A stretch of 64,000 nucleotides of DNA from Terriglobales bacterium (GTDB taxonomy: Bacteria; Acidobacteriota; Terriglobia; Terriglobales; SCQP01): NCBI GenBank assembly GCA_050747905.1, contig JBOGKQ010000006.1, forward strand, positions 52,980-116,979, read 5' to 3'. Under the pieces are notes generated by a model. It was not told where the DNA came from, ran no database searches, and saw only the letters and a list, made by a program, of their open reading frames with translations. Below, piece after piece: positions 37,512-46,960 of the stretch. Position 1 is the stretch's first letter. Every line of letters begins with the position of its first letter. The position numbers and the translations under genes are program-made.

Positions 37512-37670
37512 GGCCGCCACGAAGGCGTAACCCAGCATACGAAGAGGTCTGGAACCACGCCGTGTTCACCAAGAATCGGGGATGGCTGCTCAACCACGCG
37601 CCATCGCGGCTGCGCGATCAACCTCTGAAGTGAGCTTTTTGCGATGCAGGAACGGTCTCGAAGGAGAAAG

Positions 37671-38450
37671 ATGAACAGACATCTGAAGGAAGCGGTTCGG
37701 CAGTTACTTCCGCGCACTCTTAAGCGCCATAGAATATTAGGGGGAGCTCTGCGTGGCAGCCTGATTATCACTTCCTGGCACGACTATCCGGGGGCGATTC
37801 TTGGCCGAACAGAGCGGCCTTTGCTCGAGTACTTCGCAAAAAATGCTGGCACAGGTGAGACCTGGCTTGATATCGGCGCGCACTATGGCTATATCTCGAT
37901 CGGGTTGTGCAAAGTGGTTGGAAGTTCCGGCCGCGTGTTCGCATTTGAACCAATGATTAATACCGCAGGATGTATTACCCGTACGCGGTCCATTAATCAG
38001 CTCTCACAATTAACTGTGATCCCCATAGGGTTGGCGGATCGTGATGACTTGTCGGTAGAGAGTTTGAACTCGACACGCGGAATGATCGACAGCACACTGC
38101 AAGGTGCGGCGGGTTGCAAGGAGACATTCCTGGCTTCCCGGCTTGACTGGTTGTGGCCCAGAATCTCGGGGCCCGATCCGCACATCGACGGCGTCAAAAT
38201 CGATGTTCAAGGGATGGAGATCCAGGTTATCGAGGGAATGGCCGGTCTGATGAAAAGGTACCGGCCGAAGTTGCTAGTGGAAATCCATAAAGGGGTTTCG
38301 CGGCCGAAGCTGCTGGATGTGATTGCCTCGCTTGGCTACTCACCCCGCGGGTTCGCGGTCGAGCCTCTTCCCGGGGAGTCAAATCCGGACTACGCAGATG
38401 ATCGGACTTATCTATTCACTCTGGCTGTCGCTGATCCGGTCCCGAGATGA
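37671..38450 (+). CDS. FkbM-family methyltransferase (low-G+C gene)
   Basis: WLDIGAHYGYISIGL, RVFAFEP and IDGVKIDVQGMEIQVIEG are present. ATG 37671 is preceded by AAGGAGA. Hand counts of four 60-nt lines give 48-62% G+C, against about 65-70% nearby. Confidence 0.8.
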   Translation: MNRHLKEAVRQLLPRTLKRHRILGGALRGSLIITSWHDYPGAILGRTERPLLEYFAKNAGTGETWLDIGAHYGYISIGLCKVVGSSGRVFAFEPMINTAGCITRTRSINQLSQLTVIPIGLADRDDLSVESLNSTRGMIDSTLQGAAGCKETFLASRLDWLWPRISGPDPHIDGVKIDVQGMEIQVIEGMAGLMKRYRPKLLVEIHKGVSRPKLLDVIASLGYSPRGFAVEPLPGESNPDYADDRTYLFTLAVADPVPR

Positions 38451-38703
38451 ATGACGAATCGAAACAATCATAGAAATGGCTCTCGATTGCTCGCCGGGAA
38501 GGCTTCCGGAACACGCCGATTGCAGCAGTCTACCCGCGGGCCCGCGCGCCCGCAGAGGGCAGCAGCGCACGCTGGCAGGATAGAATAGGCCGATGCCGGC
38601 CCGCCGCCACCCTCGAACGAGCGCGAAACCACGGCTGCTGCCCGGGCCCTCGGGCGCTGCCCGTTTGGCCGTTCCCGCCCGCTCCCAGCGGGACACCGGT
38701 GCG

Positions 38704-39174
38704 GTGATTACCAGCCGGGACTGTCCCCAGTTGATTGCGGGCGTGGAAATCAGCGAGGGCCAGATCTGGCCCGATGACCGCGGCTTTTTTACGGAATTGT
38801 ACCGGCTGCCGGAAGGCAGCGGTCCGATGCAGGTTTCCGCCTCGCTGAGCTATCCCGGCACCATCAAAGCGGTGCACTATCATCATCACCAGACCGACCT
38901 CTGGGCGCCGGTGCAGGGCCAATTCCAAATGGTGCTGATTGACCTGCGCTGCAAGTCGCCCACCTTCGGCCGCGTGAATACCGTCTTTGCCGGAGAATGG
39001 CAAGCTTGGCGCTTGTGTATTCCTCCGGGAGTCGGGCATGGTTACAAGGTGTTGGGCCGCGGCCCTGGGCTGATGATTTACGCGACCGACCGCTTCTATG
39101 ATCCCGAGGATGAGGGGCGCATTGCCTATGACGACGGCGGCCTCAATTATGCGTGGGAGACACAGTTCCGATGA
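38704..39174 (+). CDS. RmlC-like cupin sugar-nucleotide 3,5-epimerase
   Basis: DDRGFFTELY, TIKAVHYHHHQTDLW and GVGHGY are present. I chose GTG 38704 as the start because the upstream part of ORF 38593.. is Pro/Arg/Ala-rich. Confidence 0.7.
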   Translation: MITSRDCPQLIAGVEISEGQIWPDDRGFFTELYRLPEGSGPMQVSASLSYPGTIKAVHYHHHQTDLWAPVQGQFQMVLIDLRCKSPTFGRVNTVFAGEWQAWRLCIPPGVGHGYKVLGRGPGLMIYATDRFYDPEDEGRIAYDDGGLNYAWETQFR

Positions 39175-39761
39175 CCCCGAGCCTGTTCGCCGCCAGTTTT
39201 GAGCGCACCCACGCGGTGCAGCAGGCCACACTGGCGGCGTGTGGCGAGGCCTTGGAGCGCGCCGCGGCAGCCCTCATCACGTGTTACCGCAGCGGCGGCA
39301 AAGCATTGTTTTGCGGCAACGGGGGCAGCGCCGCCGACGCCCAGCATCTGGCCGCCGAGTTCGTCGGCCGCTATCTGGTCGAGCGCCGCCCGCTGCCGGC
39401 CTTGGCGCTGCACGCCAATACTTCTTCGCTGACCGCCATCGGCAACGATTACGGCTACGAGAATAGCTTTGCCCGTCCGGTCGAGGCCTTTGCCCGGCCG
39501 GGCGACGTAGTCGTCGGGTTGAGCACCTCCGGCAATTCCGCCAACGTGGTGGCGGCGCTGCGCAAGGCCCTTGAGTTGGGCTGCACCGCGATTGCCATGA
39601 CGGGCGAGGGCGGGGGCAAAATGGCGGCCGCGGCCGACATCCTGGTTGCCGTCGCCAGCCGCGAGACTCCCCGCATCCAGGAGTGCCACATCCTCATCGG
39701 CCACTGTCTCTGCCAGGCGGTGGAAGAGGCCTTGTTCGCAGGGCGAACGCTTGGTGGCTGA
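39171..39761 (+). CDS. gmhA: Phosphoheptose isomerase (SIS domain)
   Basis: ATG 39171 overlaps the stop of the rmlC-like gene (ATGA). Motifs CGNGGSAADAQHLAAEF, LSTSGNS and ECHILIGH are present. Confidence 0.85.
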   Translation: MTPSLFAASFERTHAVQQATLAACGEALERAAAALITCYRSGGKALFCGNGGSAADAQHLAAEFVGRYLVERRPLPALALHANTSSLTAIGNDYGYENSFARPVEAFARPGDVVVGLSTSGNSANVVAALRKALELGCTAIAMTGEGGGKMAAAADILVAVASRETPRIQECHILIGHCLCQAVEEALFAGRTLGG

Positions 39762-40605
39762 GTTCGCCATCCTAGGCGCCGACGGGCAACTTGGACAGGA
39801 ATTTCTGCGAGTCCTGGGAGCGCGAGCCACCGGCCTCGACCGCGCCGCTCTTCCGCTCGGCGATGCTTGCGCCACCACGCGCATGCTGGCCCGCCTGCGG
39901 CCGCTCACCGTCGTCAACTGCGCCGCCTTCAACCAGGTGGATTTGGCCGAGTCGCGGCATCAGCAGGCGCTCGACGCCAACGCGCGCGGTCCGGCGCAAC
40001 TGGCTGCGCTGGCGGCCGCGCAAGGCTTCAGCTTGGTGCATTTCAGCACCGATTACGTGTTTGGCGCTGATCGCCTGCACCGACCCCGGCGCGAAACCGA
40101 TGCGCCTGCGCCGGTGAATTTTTACGGCTATAGCAAGCTGCTTGGCGAGCAGGCGGTGTTGCGTTCGGCAGCCGGTGTACTGGTGCTGCGCGTGGCCCAC
40201 CTGTTTGGCGGGGTCTCGCTCTCGCCGGGCCGCGCCTCGCTGGCGCAACGCTTTCTGGACCTGATGCGCGCCGGCCAGCCGGTCACCGTCACCCGCGGAC
40301 AATATCTAAATCCAACTTCGGTGCGCGATATCGTTCCCACCACTCTACGGCTGCTGGAGCTTGGCGCCTGCGGCCTGTTCCACCTTACCGGTGAAGGGGA
40401 CTGTCGCGCCTCGGAGTTTGCGCGCGAACTCGGCCGCCTGGCGGGCCTGACGGCCCGCCTGCACTTAGTGGCCCGCGATCCCCGTCCCGCGCGGCGCGCG
40501 GCTTATACGGTGCTGGCCAACACCCGCCTGGCCGCCCTCGCTCTGCCCCCGCAGCCGTCCTGGCGTCAGTCGCTTGCTGCGTGGCTTCAGGCGGCGGTAC
40601 GGTAG
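39754..40605 (+). CDS. RmlD-like NAD(P)H-dependent 4-keto sugar-nucleotide reductase
   Basis: Start is GTG 39754 (or TTG 39751) and overlaps the gmhA stop. Motifs ILGADGQLG, VVNCAAFNQVD, STDYVF and YGYSKLLGE are present. Confidence 0.7.
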   Translation: MAEFAILGADGQLGQEFLRVLGARATGLDRAALPLGDACATTRMLARLRPLTVVNCAAFNQVDLAESRHQQALDANARGPAQLAALAAAQGFSLVHFSTDYVFGADRLHRPRRETDAPAPVNFYGYSKLLGEQAVLRSAAGVLVLRVAHLFGGVSLSPGRASLAQRFLDLMRAGQPVTVTRGQYLNPTSVRDIVPTTLRLLELGACGLFHLTGEGDCRASEFARELGRLAGLTARLHLVARDPRPARRAAYTVLANTRLAALALPPQPSWRQSLAAWLQAAVR

Positions 40606-41630
40606 CTGCGGCTGCGCTGCTCCGCCAGCGCCGGCTCGAACGCGGCCGCGGCTTCGCAGAGCACCAGTTCGCTGCCGTGCGCGGGAAAGCGGAAAGGGAC
40701 GCGCATCAGCGGCGCCATGCGCCCCTGAAATTCCGCCGACTGCTCCGGCGGCACAAAAAACAGGAAAAAGCCGCCGCCGCCGGCGCCCAGCAGCTTGCCA
40801 CCCAGTGCGCCCGCGGTGCGTGCGCGGGCGTAGATCGCGTCCATGGCCGGGTTGGAGACTTGGTCGCTCAGCCGTTGTTTGAGCTTCCAGGCCTCGTGCA
40901 GCAGGACGCCAAACTCCACAAGCGGTCCGCCTCCTTGCAGGATCCGCTGACCCTGCTCGACCATGGCCTGGATTGCCGCCAATTCGGACGTGCGCGCCGG
41001 GATGTTAGCGATCTGATGACCTGCGATCTCCGACGAGGTGCGCGCAAAGCCGGTAAAGTACAGGTGCAGGTGCGCCTGCAGCTCGCACAGCCGCCCGCGG
41101 TTGAGCTCCAGCGGCTCCAGATGAAAGCGGCCGTCGGGGTGGATGCGGATCAGATGAAAGCCGCCATAGGCGGCCGTGATCTGGTCCTGCACGCCCACAT
41201 TTTCGCGCAACGCAACCTGCTCGATGGCAATGGCGGCGCGCGCCAGATCCGCCGGCTCGCGCGGCTCCTGCCGCAGGGCATGCAGGGCATGGAGCAGCCC
41301 TACCACGAAGGTGGAGCTGGTGCCCAGGCCCGTGCGCGCCGGCAGATCGGCATCGTGGTGAATCTCTATGCCCGCCGCGATGCTCAGCGAACCCAGGCAG
41401 GCACGCACCGCGGGGTGCTCGATGGCTCCGTTTTCGTCCACATCCTCGATGCGGTTATAGACGACGCGACTGTGGTGGGCGAAAAACGGTGGCAAGTAGC
41501 GGCAGGAAATGTAGCAGTACTTGTCGATCGCGGTGGCCAGCACCGCGCCCCCGTGCTCGCGATACCAAGCCGGATAGTCGGTGCCGCCACCGAAGAAGGA
41601 CAGGCGAAACGGGGTGCGGGTGACGATCAT
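40587..41630 (-). CDS. GHMP-family sugar kinase (HddA-like D-glycero-alpha-D-manno-heptose-7-phosphate kinase)
   Basis: Start ATG 41630 (MIVTRTPFRLSFFGGGTDY). The GHMP motif DLPARTGLGTSSTF and GGKLLGAGGGGF are present. The listed ORF continues upstream only through repeat copy D. Confidence 0.7.
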   Translation of the reverse strand: MIVTRTPFRLSFFGGGTDYPAWYREHGGAVLATAIDKYCYISCRYLPPFFAHHSRVVYNRIEDVDENGAIEHPAVRACLGSLSIAAGIEIHHDADLPARTGLGTSSTFVVGLLHALHALRQEPREPADLARAAIAIEQVALRENVGVQDQITAAYGGFHLIRIHPDGRFHLEPLELNRGRLCELQAHLHLYFTGFARTSSEIAGHQIANIPARTSELAAIQAMVEQGQRILQGGGPLVEFGVLLHEAWKLKQRLSDQVSNPAMDAIYARARTAGALGGKLLGAGGGGFFLFFVPPEQSAEFQGRMAPLMRVPFRFPAHGSELVLCEAAAAFEPALAEQRSRSYRTAA

Positions 41631-41660
41631 GGAGTTGCCAGCCTCCAGCGGCCGCCTGCG

Positions 41661-41698
41661 ACGCGCGGCACAGCCGCGCTGGGGCCCGCGCCAACATT
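41661..41698 (+). repeat. Dispersed mosaic repeat, short copy D (end of M5 + M7)
   Basis: ACGCGCGGCACAGCCGCGCTGGGGCCCGCGCCAACATT. Confidence 0.8.
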
Positions 41699-41829
41699 GG
41701 AGTAGCCGATTTGCACACTGGCTGAGATGATGGCCTGAGTTCCTCAAGCTTGCCGGGCAAAGGGCCGAAACTTAAGGAGATGCGTCTCCATCTCTGCCCA
41801 AAGTTGATAAGCAAAGACTAAGGTTTTCC

Positions 41830-41858
41830 TTGACAAAGGCATGCTCATGCCGTAGCCT
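41830..41858 (+). promoter_or_regulatory. dnaK promoter candidate TTGACA-N17-TAGCCT with a palindrome in the spacer
   Basis: TTGACA lies at 41830-35 and TAGCCT at 41853-58. The perfect palindrome GGCATG-CT-CATGCC (41838-41851) sits inside the spacer. The dnaK ATG is 19 nt downstream of the -10 box. Confidence 0.4.
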
Positions 41859-41876
41859 GACTCCGGCGGGAAAATC

Positions 41877-43811
41877 ATGGCAAAGATTATCGGTATTGAC
41901 CTCGGCACCACCAACAGTGTGGTCGCCGTCATGGAAAACGGCGAACCCAAGGTAATTGCCAACTCCGAGGGCGGCCGCACGACGCCGTCCGTGGTGGCGT
42001 TAACGAAAAATGGAGAGCGCCTGGTCGGGCAGGTAGCCAAACGGCAAGCCATCACCAACCCCGACGGCACGGTTTACTCGATCAAGCGCTTTATGGGACG
42101 GCGCTTCAACGAGGTAAGCGAAGAAATGAAGATGGTGCCCTACAACGTCGTTCAGCAGGGCGACCACGTCGCCGTCGACGTGCAGGGCAAAAGTTACACA
42201 CCGCCGGAGATCTCCGCCTTTATCCTGCAGAAGCTGAAACAGGCGGCCGAGGATTACCTGGGCGAGAAGATAAGCGAAGCCGTGATTACAGTGCCTGCCT
42301 ACTTCAACGATGCCCAGCGGCAGGCGACGAAGGATGCTGGCCGCATCGCCGGGCTTGACGTCAAGCGCATCGTCAACGAGCCGACGGCGGCGGCGCTGGC
42401 CTACGGACTAGACAAGAAAAAGGAAGAGACTATCGCCATTTACGACTTCGGTGGCGGCACCTTCGACATCTCGATTCTTGAGGTTGGCGAGGGTGTAGTG
42501 GAAGTGAAGTCTACAAATGGCGACACTCACCTCGGGGGCGACAACGTTGACCAGCGCCTGGTGGATTGGCTGGTGGACGAGTTCAAAAAAGACGAGGGTA
42601 TTGACCTGCGCGGCCGTGGCAACGAAATGGCGCTGCAGCGGCTCAAGGACGCGGCGGAGAAGGCCAAAATGGAGCTCTCCACTACGATGGAAACGGAAAT
42701 CAACCTGCCGTTCATCACCGCCGACGCCAGCGGTCCCAAGCACCTGCTCAAAAAACTGAGCCGCTCGCAGTTCGAGCGCATGGTCGAGGACATCCTGCAG
42801 CGCTCGGTCGAGCCCTGCAAGAAGGCGCTGACTGACGCCGGCATCACGGCCGACAAGATTGACGAGGTGGTGTTGGTGGGCGGCTCGACGCGGATCCCGC
42901 GCGTGCAGCAGATCGTCAAGGACCTGTTCAAGAAAGAGCCCCACAAGGGTGTCAACCCGGACGAAGTCGTGGCCGTGGGTGCGGCGGTGCAGGCAGGCGT
43001 GCTGGCGGGCGAGGTCAAGGACCTGCTGCTGCTCGACGTAACCCCGTTGTCGCTGGGAATTGAAACCTTGGGCGGAGTGAATACGGTGCTGATTGCCCGC
43101 AACACCACCATTCCCACGCGCAAGAGCGAGACCTTCTCCACCGCTGCCGACAACCAGACTTCCGTGGAGGTCCACGTGCTCCAGGGCGAGCGCCCCATGG
43201 CAGCGCAGAATCGCACCTTGGGCAAATTCCATTTGGTGGGCATTCCCTCGGCGCCGCGCGGGGTGCCGCAAATCGAGGTGACGTTCGACATTGATGCCAA
43301 CGGTATCGTCAACGTTAGTGCCAAGGACCTGGGCACCGCCAAAGAGCAGAAAATCACCATTACCAGCTCCAGCGGGCTGTCGAAGGAAGAAATTGACCGT
43401 ATGACCAAGGAGGCCGAGGCGCACTCGGACGACGATAAAAAGCGCCGCGAAGAAGTTGAGGCGCGCAATCAGCTCGACAGCCTGGTGTATAACACCGACA
43501 AGATGCTGAAGGAAAACCGCGACAAAGTGCCTGTCGGCGATGTGGCCGCGGTCGAAGCGGCGCTGGTGGACGCGCGCAAGGCGCTCGACGGCGGCGATGC
43601 CGCTGCCATGGTGGGCGCCAAGGATGCCCTCACCGCTGCCACCCACAAGCTGGCCGAGGCGATGTACAAAAACGTCAGTCAACAAGGTGGCGGGCCGACG
43701 CCACCTCCGGAAGCGGGCGAACCGTCCTCGCATAGCAATGGTGAGGCGAAACCGAATGACGTGATTGACGCCGAATATGTGGATGCCGACGGCGACGGCA
43801 AGAAGGGATAA
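41877..43811 (+). CDS. dnaK: Molecular chaperone DnaK (Hsp70)
   Basis: 644 aa. [18 protein letters not shown]-type ([11 protein letters not shown]) and [10 protein letters not shown] motifs are present. Confidence 0.97.
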   Translation: MAKIIGIDLGTTNSVVAVMENGEPKVIANSEGGRTTPSVVALTKNGERLVGQVAKRQAITNPDGTVYSIKRFMGRRFNEVSEEMKMVPYNVVQQGDHVAVDVQGKSYTPPEISAFILQKLKQAAEDYLGEKISEAVITVPAYFNDAQRQATKDAGRIAGLDVKRIVNEPTAAALAYGLDKKKEETIAIYDFGGGTFDISILEVGEGVVEVKSTNGDTHLGGDNVDQRLVDWLVDEFKKDEGIDLRGRGNEMALQRLKDAAEKAKMELSTTMETEINLPFITADASGPKHLLKKLSRSQFERMVEDILQRSVEPCKKALTDAGITADKIDEVVLVGGSTRIPRVQQIVKDLFKKEPHKGVNPDEVVAVGAAVQAGVLAGEVKDLLLLDVTPLSLGIETLGGVNTVLIARNTTIPTRKSETFSTAADNQTSVEVHVLQGERPMAAQNRTLGKFHLVGIPSAPRGVPQIEVTFDIDANGIVNVSAKDLGTAKEQKITITSSSGLSKEEIDRMTKEAEAHSDDDKKRREEVEARNQLDSLVYNTDKMLKENRDKVPVGDVAAVEAALVDARKALDGGDAAAMVGAKDALTAATHKLAEAMYKNVSQQGGGPTPPPEAGEPSSHSNGEAKPNDVIDAEYVDADGDGKKG

Positions 43812-43820
43812 CCCCACCCG

Positions 43821-45017
43821 TTGGCCACCGCCGCCAAAGACTACTACAACGTATTGGGCGTCAAGCGCGGGGCCACGCCGGAGGAGGTGCGCAAGGCCTA
43901 CCGCAAGCTCGCCCGCAAGCTGCATCCCGACGTCAATCCGGGCAACAAGTCCGCGGAAGACAAGTTCAAGGATGTGCAGGAAGCCTACGACATCCTGAGC
44001 GACCAGAAAAAGCGCGACTTCTACGACAAGACCGGCTTCTTCTCCGACTCCGCCTTCCAGCACGGTGCCGATGCCTTTACCGGTGCTTCGGCTCCGCGGG
44101 GAGCACCGGGTGCGGGTGCCCCGCCGCCCGGCTTTGATTTTTCCGGTTTTGATTTTTCCGGCTTCGAGGGCGCGGGGCCTGCGGGCGCAGGCCGCCGCGG
44201 CGGCGGTTCCAGCTTCCGCGATATTTTTTCCGGCATTTTCAACCGCCAGGCGGGCGCCGCCGAGGCCGTGGGCGGCGACCTCGAATACCAGGTCACGGTG
44301 GGATTCTGGGATGCCATTCGCGGCTCGGTGCTGCGGCTGCCCATTCCCCGCCAGGACCGCTGCCCGCAGTGTAACGGCACGGGCGCGGGCGGACGCGGCG
44401 GGCCGTGTCCGGAATGCGGCGGCAAGGGGCAAGTGGCGCAGACGGTCAGCGGCATGAAGTTCAACCTGCGCTGCGGAGCCTGTGGAGGCAGCGGCAAAAG
44501 CGGCGCCGCCTGCTCCCGCTGCCACGGCCAGGGACGGGTGCAGCAGACCGAAGCGCTGGAGGTGCGGCTCAAGCCGGGTACGCGCGAGGGCGCGCGCCTG
44601 CGCATCGCCGGCAAGGGGAACTGGGGCGCCGACGGCGGCGGCGACCTCTACGTCATCGTGCGCATCAAGCCGCATCCCCTGTTCCAGCGCGAGGCCGACG
44701 ACATTTACGTCAAGGTTCCCGTCAGCTTCACCGAGGCCGCGCTGGGCGCCAAAATCGGCGTGCCCACCATTGACGGCAAGGCGCTGCTCAATGTGCCGGC
44801 GGGCACGCAATCGGGGCAGAAGTTCCGTATGCGCGAGCGCGGGGTGCCGAGCGCCCAGCATGACGGGCTGCGCGGCGATGAATACGTCGAAGTGCAGGTA
44901 ACCGTGCCCAAGGTGCTGAGCGAGCGCAGCCGGGACATGTTGCGCGAATTCGCCCAGCTCAATCCCGAGGATGCGCGCGAGGCCATCCTCAAACAGGCGC
45001 AGCCCCTGGGGTCCTAG
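43821..45017 (+). CDS. dnaJ: Molecular chaperone DnaJ
   Basis: It has a J domain (DYYNVLGV...[16 protein letters not shown]), a G/F-rich region and four CxxCxGxG zinc motifs. The start is TTG. Confidence 0.95.
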   Translation: MATAAKDYYNVLGVKRGATPEEVRKAYRKLARKLHPDVNPGNKSAEDKFKDVQEAYDILSDQKKRDFYDKTGFFSDSAFQHGADAFTGASAPRGAPGAGAPPPGFDFSGFDFSGFEGAGPAGAGRRGGGSSFRDIFSGIFNRQAGAAEAVGGDLEYQVTVGFWDAIRGSVLRLPIPRQDRCPQCNGTGAGGRGGPCPECGGKGQVAQTVSGMKFNLRCGACGGSGKSGAACSRCHGQGRVQQTEALEVRLKPGTREGARLRIAGKGNWGADGGGDLYVIVRIKPHPLFQREADDIYVKVPVSFTEAALGAKIGVPTIDGKALLNVPAGTQSGQKFRMRERGVPSAQHDGLRGDEYVEVQVTVPKVLSERSRDMLREFAQLNPEDAREAILKQAQPLGS

Positions 45018-45019
45018 CC

Positions 45020-45391
45020 ATGGTCCGCAAGAAAGGCCGCGCCGCCTACATGATCTCCGCCGTCGCCGAACAGTACGGGGTGCACCCGCAAACTCTGCGC
45101 CTGTACGAGCGCGAGGGGCTGCTCAAGCCCTCGCGCACCGAGGGCAACACGCGCTTGTACACCGACGAGGACCTGCAGCGTCTGGAGGTGATACTGTCAC
45201 TCACGCGCGACATGGGGGTCAATCTGGCGGGAGTGGAAATTGTCCTCGGCCTGCGTGAGAAAATGCAGCAAATGCAGCAACAGATGCAGGAGTTCGTGGA
45301 TTTTGTGCAGCACGACCTGGTCAGCCGTGGCCTGACCGTGGGGAACGAGCGCGAGGCGCTGGTGCCGGTGCGCCCGCGCCGGCCGCGCTGA
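45020..45391 (+). CDS. hspR: MerR-family heat-shock repressor HspR
   Basis: YMISAVAEQYGVHPQTLRLYEREGLLKPSRTEGNTRLYTDEDLQRLEVI is present. It lies directly downstream of dnaK-dnaJ, with a 2-nt gap. Confidence 0.8.
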   Translation: MVRKKGRAAYMISAVAEQYGVHPQTLRLYEREGLLKPSRTEGNTRLYTDEDLQRLEVILSLTRDMGVNLAGVEIVLGLREKMQQMQQQMQEFVDFVQHDLVSRGLTVGNEREALVPVRPRRPR

Positions 45392-45406
45392 GGCGAACCC
45401 TTTGCT

Positions 45407-45922
45407 ATGCCGCTGCGCAGCAAACCCTACGGCCTGACCGTGCCCACAGCGTTGCCGTCGCACGGCAGTGCCTGGGAGCGGAGCCAGCATTGGCTGGCCA
45501 TGGGCGGCCCCATCGGGTTGATCCCGTGGGTGCCGGCGACGGTGGCCTCGGCGGCAGTGGCAGCCCTCTGCTGGTGGCATCCGCCTGCGTGGCGCTTGGT
45601 GGTGGGGGCCGCGGCGCTGTTGTTTGTGGCCGGCGGCTTTGCCGCCTCCACCTCGGAACGCCTGCTGGGCATCAAGGATCCGCGCAATGTCGTGGTGGAC
45701 GAGATTGCCGGCCAACTGCTGACGTTCGTCTTCGTCGCGCCCGGGAACGCCGCCGCCGCCATTGCGGGATTTCTACTGTTCCGCCTCTTTGATGTCACCA
45801 AGCCTCCGCCTGCGCGCCAGGCGGAGCACCTGCCGGGAGGCTGGGGGATCATGGCCGACGATGTGGTGGCTGGCCTCTATGCCGCCGCCGTGTTGTGGCT
45901 GATGGCGCGGGTTCTGCGGTAG
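45407..45922 (+). CDS. pgpA: Phosphatidylglycerophosphatase A
   Basis: VVDEIAGQLL and FRLFDVTKPPPARQAEHLPGGWGIMADDVVAGLYA are present. The start is uncertain (45407 or ATG 45500). Confidence 0.75.
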   Translation: MPLRSKPYGLTVPTALPSHGSAWERSQHWLAMGGPIGLIPWVPATVASAAVAALCWWHPPAWRLVVGAAALLFVAGGFAASTSERLLGIKDPRNVVVDEIAGQLLTFVFVAPGNAAAAIAGFLLFRLFDVTKPPPARQAEHLPGGWGIMADDVVAGLYAAAVLWLMARVLR

Positions 45923-45925
45923 GCT

Positions 45926-46942
45926 ATGGCCTTGGCTCGCCCGCGACACCTCATCGTCACCGGCGCCGCCGGATTCCTCGGCAGCGTGGTGGCGGCCCGT
46001 CTGGCTGCCCAGGGCTGGACCGTCACCGCAGTGGACGTGCTCGGCCCGGATGATCGCTTCCGCAACCTGGCGGGCGTGCCGCTGGCCGGCTACTGGGATC
46101 GCGACGCGTTCCTGCCCGCCCTGGCCGCGGGCCGCATCCAGCCGCCCCCGGACGCGATTGCCCACCTGGGGGCATGCAGTTCGACCACGGAACGCGACGC
46201 CGGCTTCTTGATGCGCAACAATTTCGCCTATACCCGCGAGCTGGCCCTCTGGGCCATGAACCACGGCGTGCGCTTTTTGTATGCCTCGAGCGCTGCCACC
46301 TACGGCGCGGGCGAATGCGGCTTTGACGATGCCCTGGAACTGCTGCCGCGCCTGCGGCCGGCCAATGCCTACGCATTTTCCAAGCACATGTTCGATCTGT
46401 GGGCCCTTCAGCAGGGCGCCTTTGACGGCCCCACGGGCATCACCGGGCTGAAATATTTCAACATCTACGGTCCCAACGAGTACCACAAGGGCGGCATGCG
46501 CAGCATGGTGCTCCAGGCATTCGAGCAGATTCAGGCCGGCGGCAAGATTCGTTTGTTCCAATCCCACCGGCCCGAATTCGCCGACGGCGAGCAACAGCGT
46601 GATTTTTTATACGTGGAAGATGCGGTCGCCATCACGGCGTGGTTTCTCGACCACCCCGGCGTGAGCGGTATTTTCAATGTAGGCAGCGGTATCCAGCGCA
46701 CGTGGAACGATCTGGCGCGCGCCGTCTTTGACGCCATGGAGCAGCCCCTGGCGGTCGAATACTTCGCCATACCGCCCGAGTTGCGCGCCGCCTACCAATA
46801 TTCCACCTGCGCCCAACTGACGCACCTGCGCGGCGCGGGCTGCACCTTGCCTCTGCGCAGCCTCGAGGAAGGCGTTGCCCGCTATGTGCGCAATTTCCTG
46901 CTCGCCCCGGACCGCTACTTCACGGCGCTCAGCAGCAAGTAA
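45926..46942 (+). CDS. hldD: ADP-L-glycero-D-manno-heptose 6-epimerase
   Basis: IVTGAAGFLGS, HLGACSSTTE, YAFSKHMFD and LKYFNIYGPNEYHKGGMRSMV are present. Confidence 0.85.
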   Translation: MALARPRHLIVTGAAGFLGSVVAARLAAQGWTVTAVDVLGPDDRFRNLAGVPLAGYWDRDAFLPALAAGRIQPPPDAIAHLGACSSTTERDAGFLMRNNFAYTRELALWAMNHGVRFLYASSAATYGAGECGFDDALELLPRLRPANAYAFSKHMFDLWALQQGAFDGPTGITGLKYFNIYGPNEYHKGGMRSMVLQAFEQIQAGGKIRLFQSHRPEFADGEQQRDFLYVEDAVAITAWFLDHPGVSGIFNVGSGIQRTWNDLARAVFDAMEQPLAVEYFAIPPELRAAYQYSTCAQLTHLRGAGCTLPLRSLEEGVARYVRNFLLAPDRYFTALSSK

Positions 46943-46960
46943 CCCCGTTCCGTCTCTTCC

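Noticed and set aside
41734-41749. HAIR-like half-sites CCTGAGT / CCTCAAG upstream of dnaK
   Set aside because: The spacing is 1 nt instead of the canonical 7, and the halves are not a good inverted repeat. I kept it only as a note in the hspR finding.
42408-44861. 817-aa ORF on the - strand
   Set aside because: It lies antisense to the unmistakable dnaK and dnaJ genes and has low-complexity composition.
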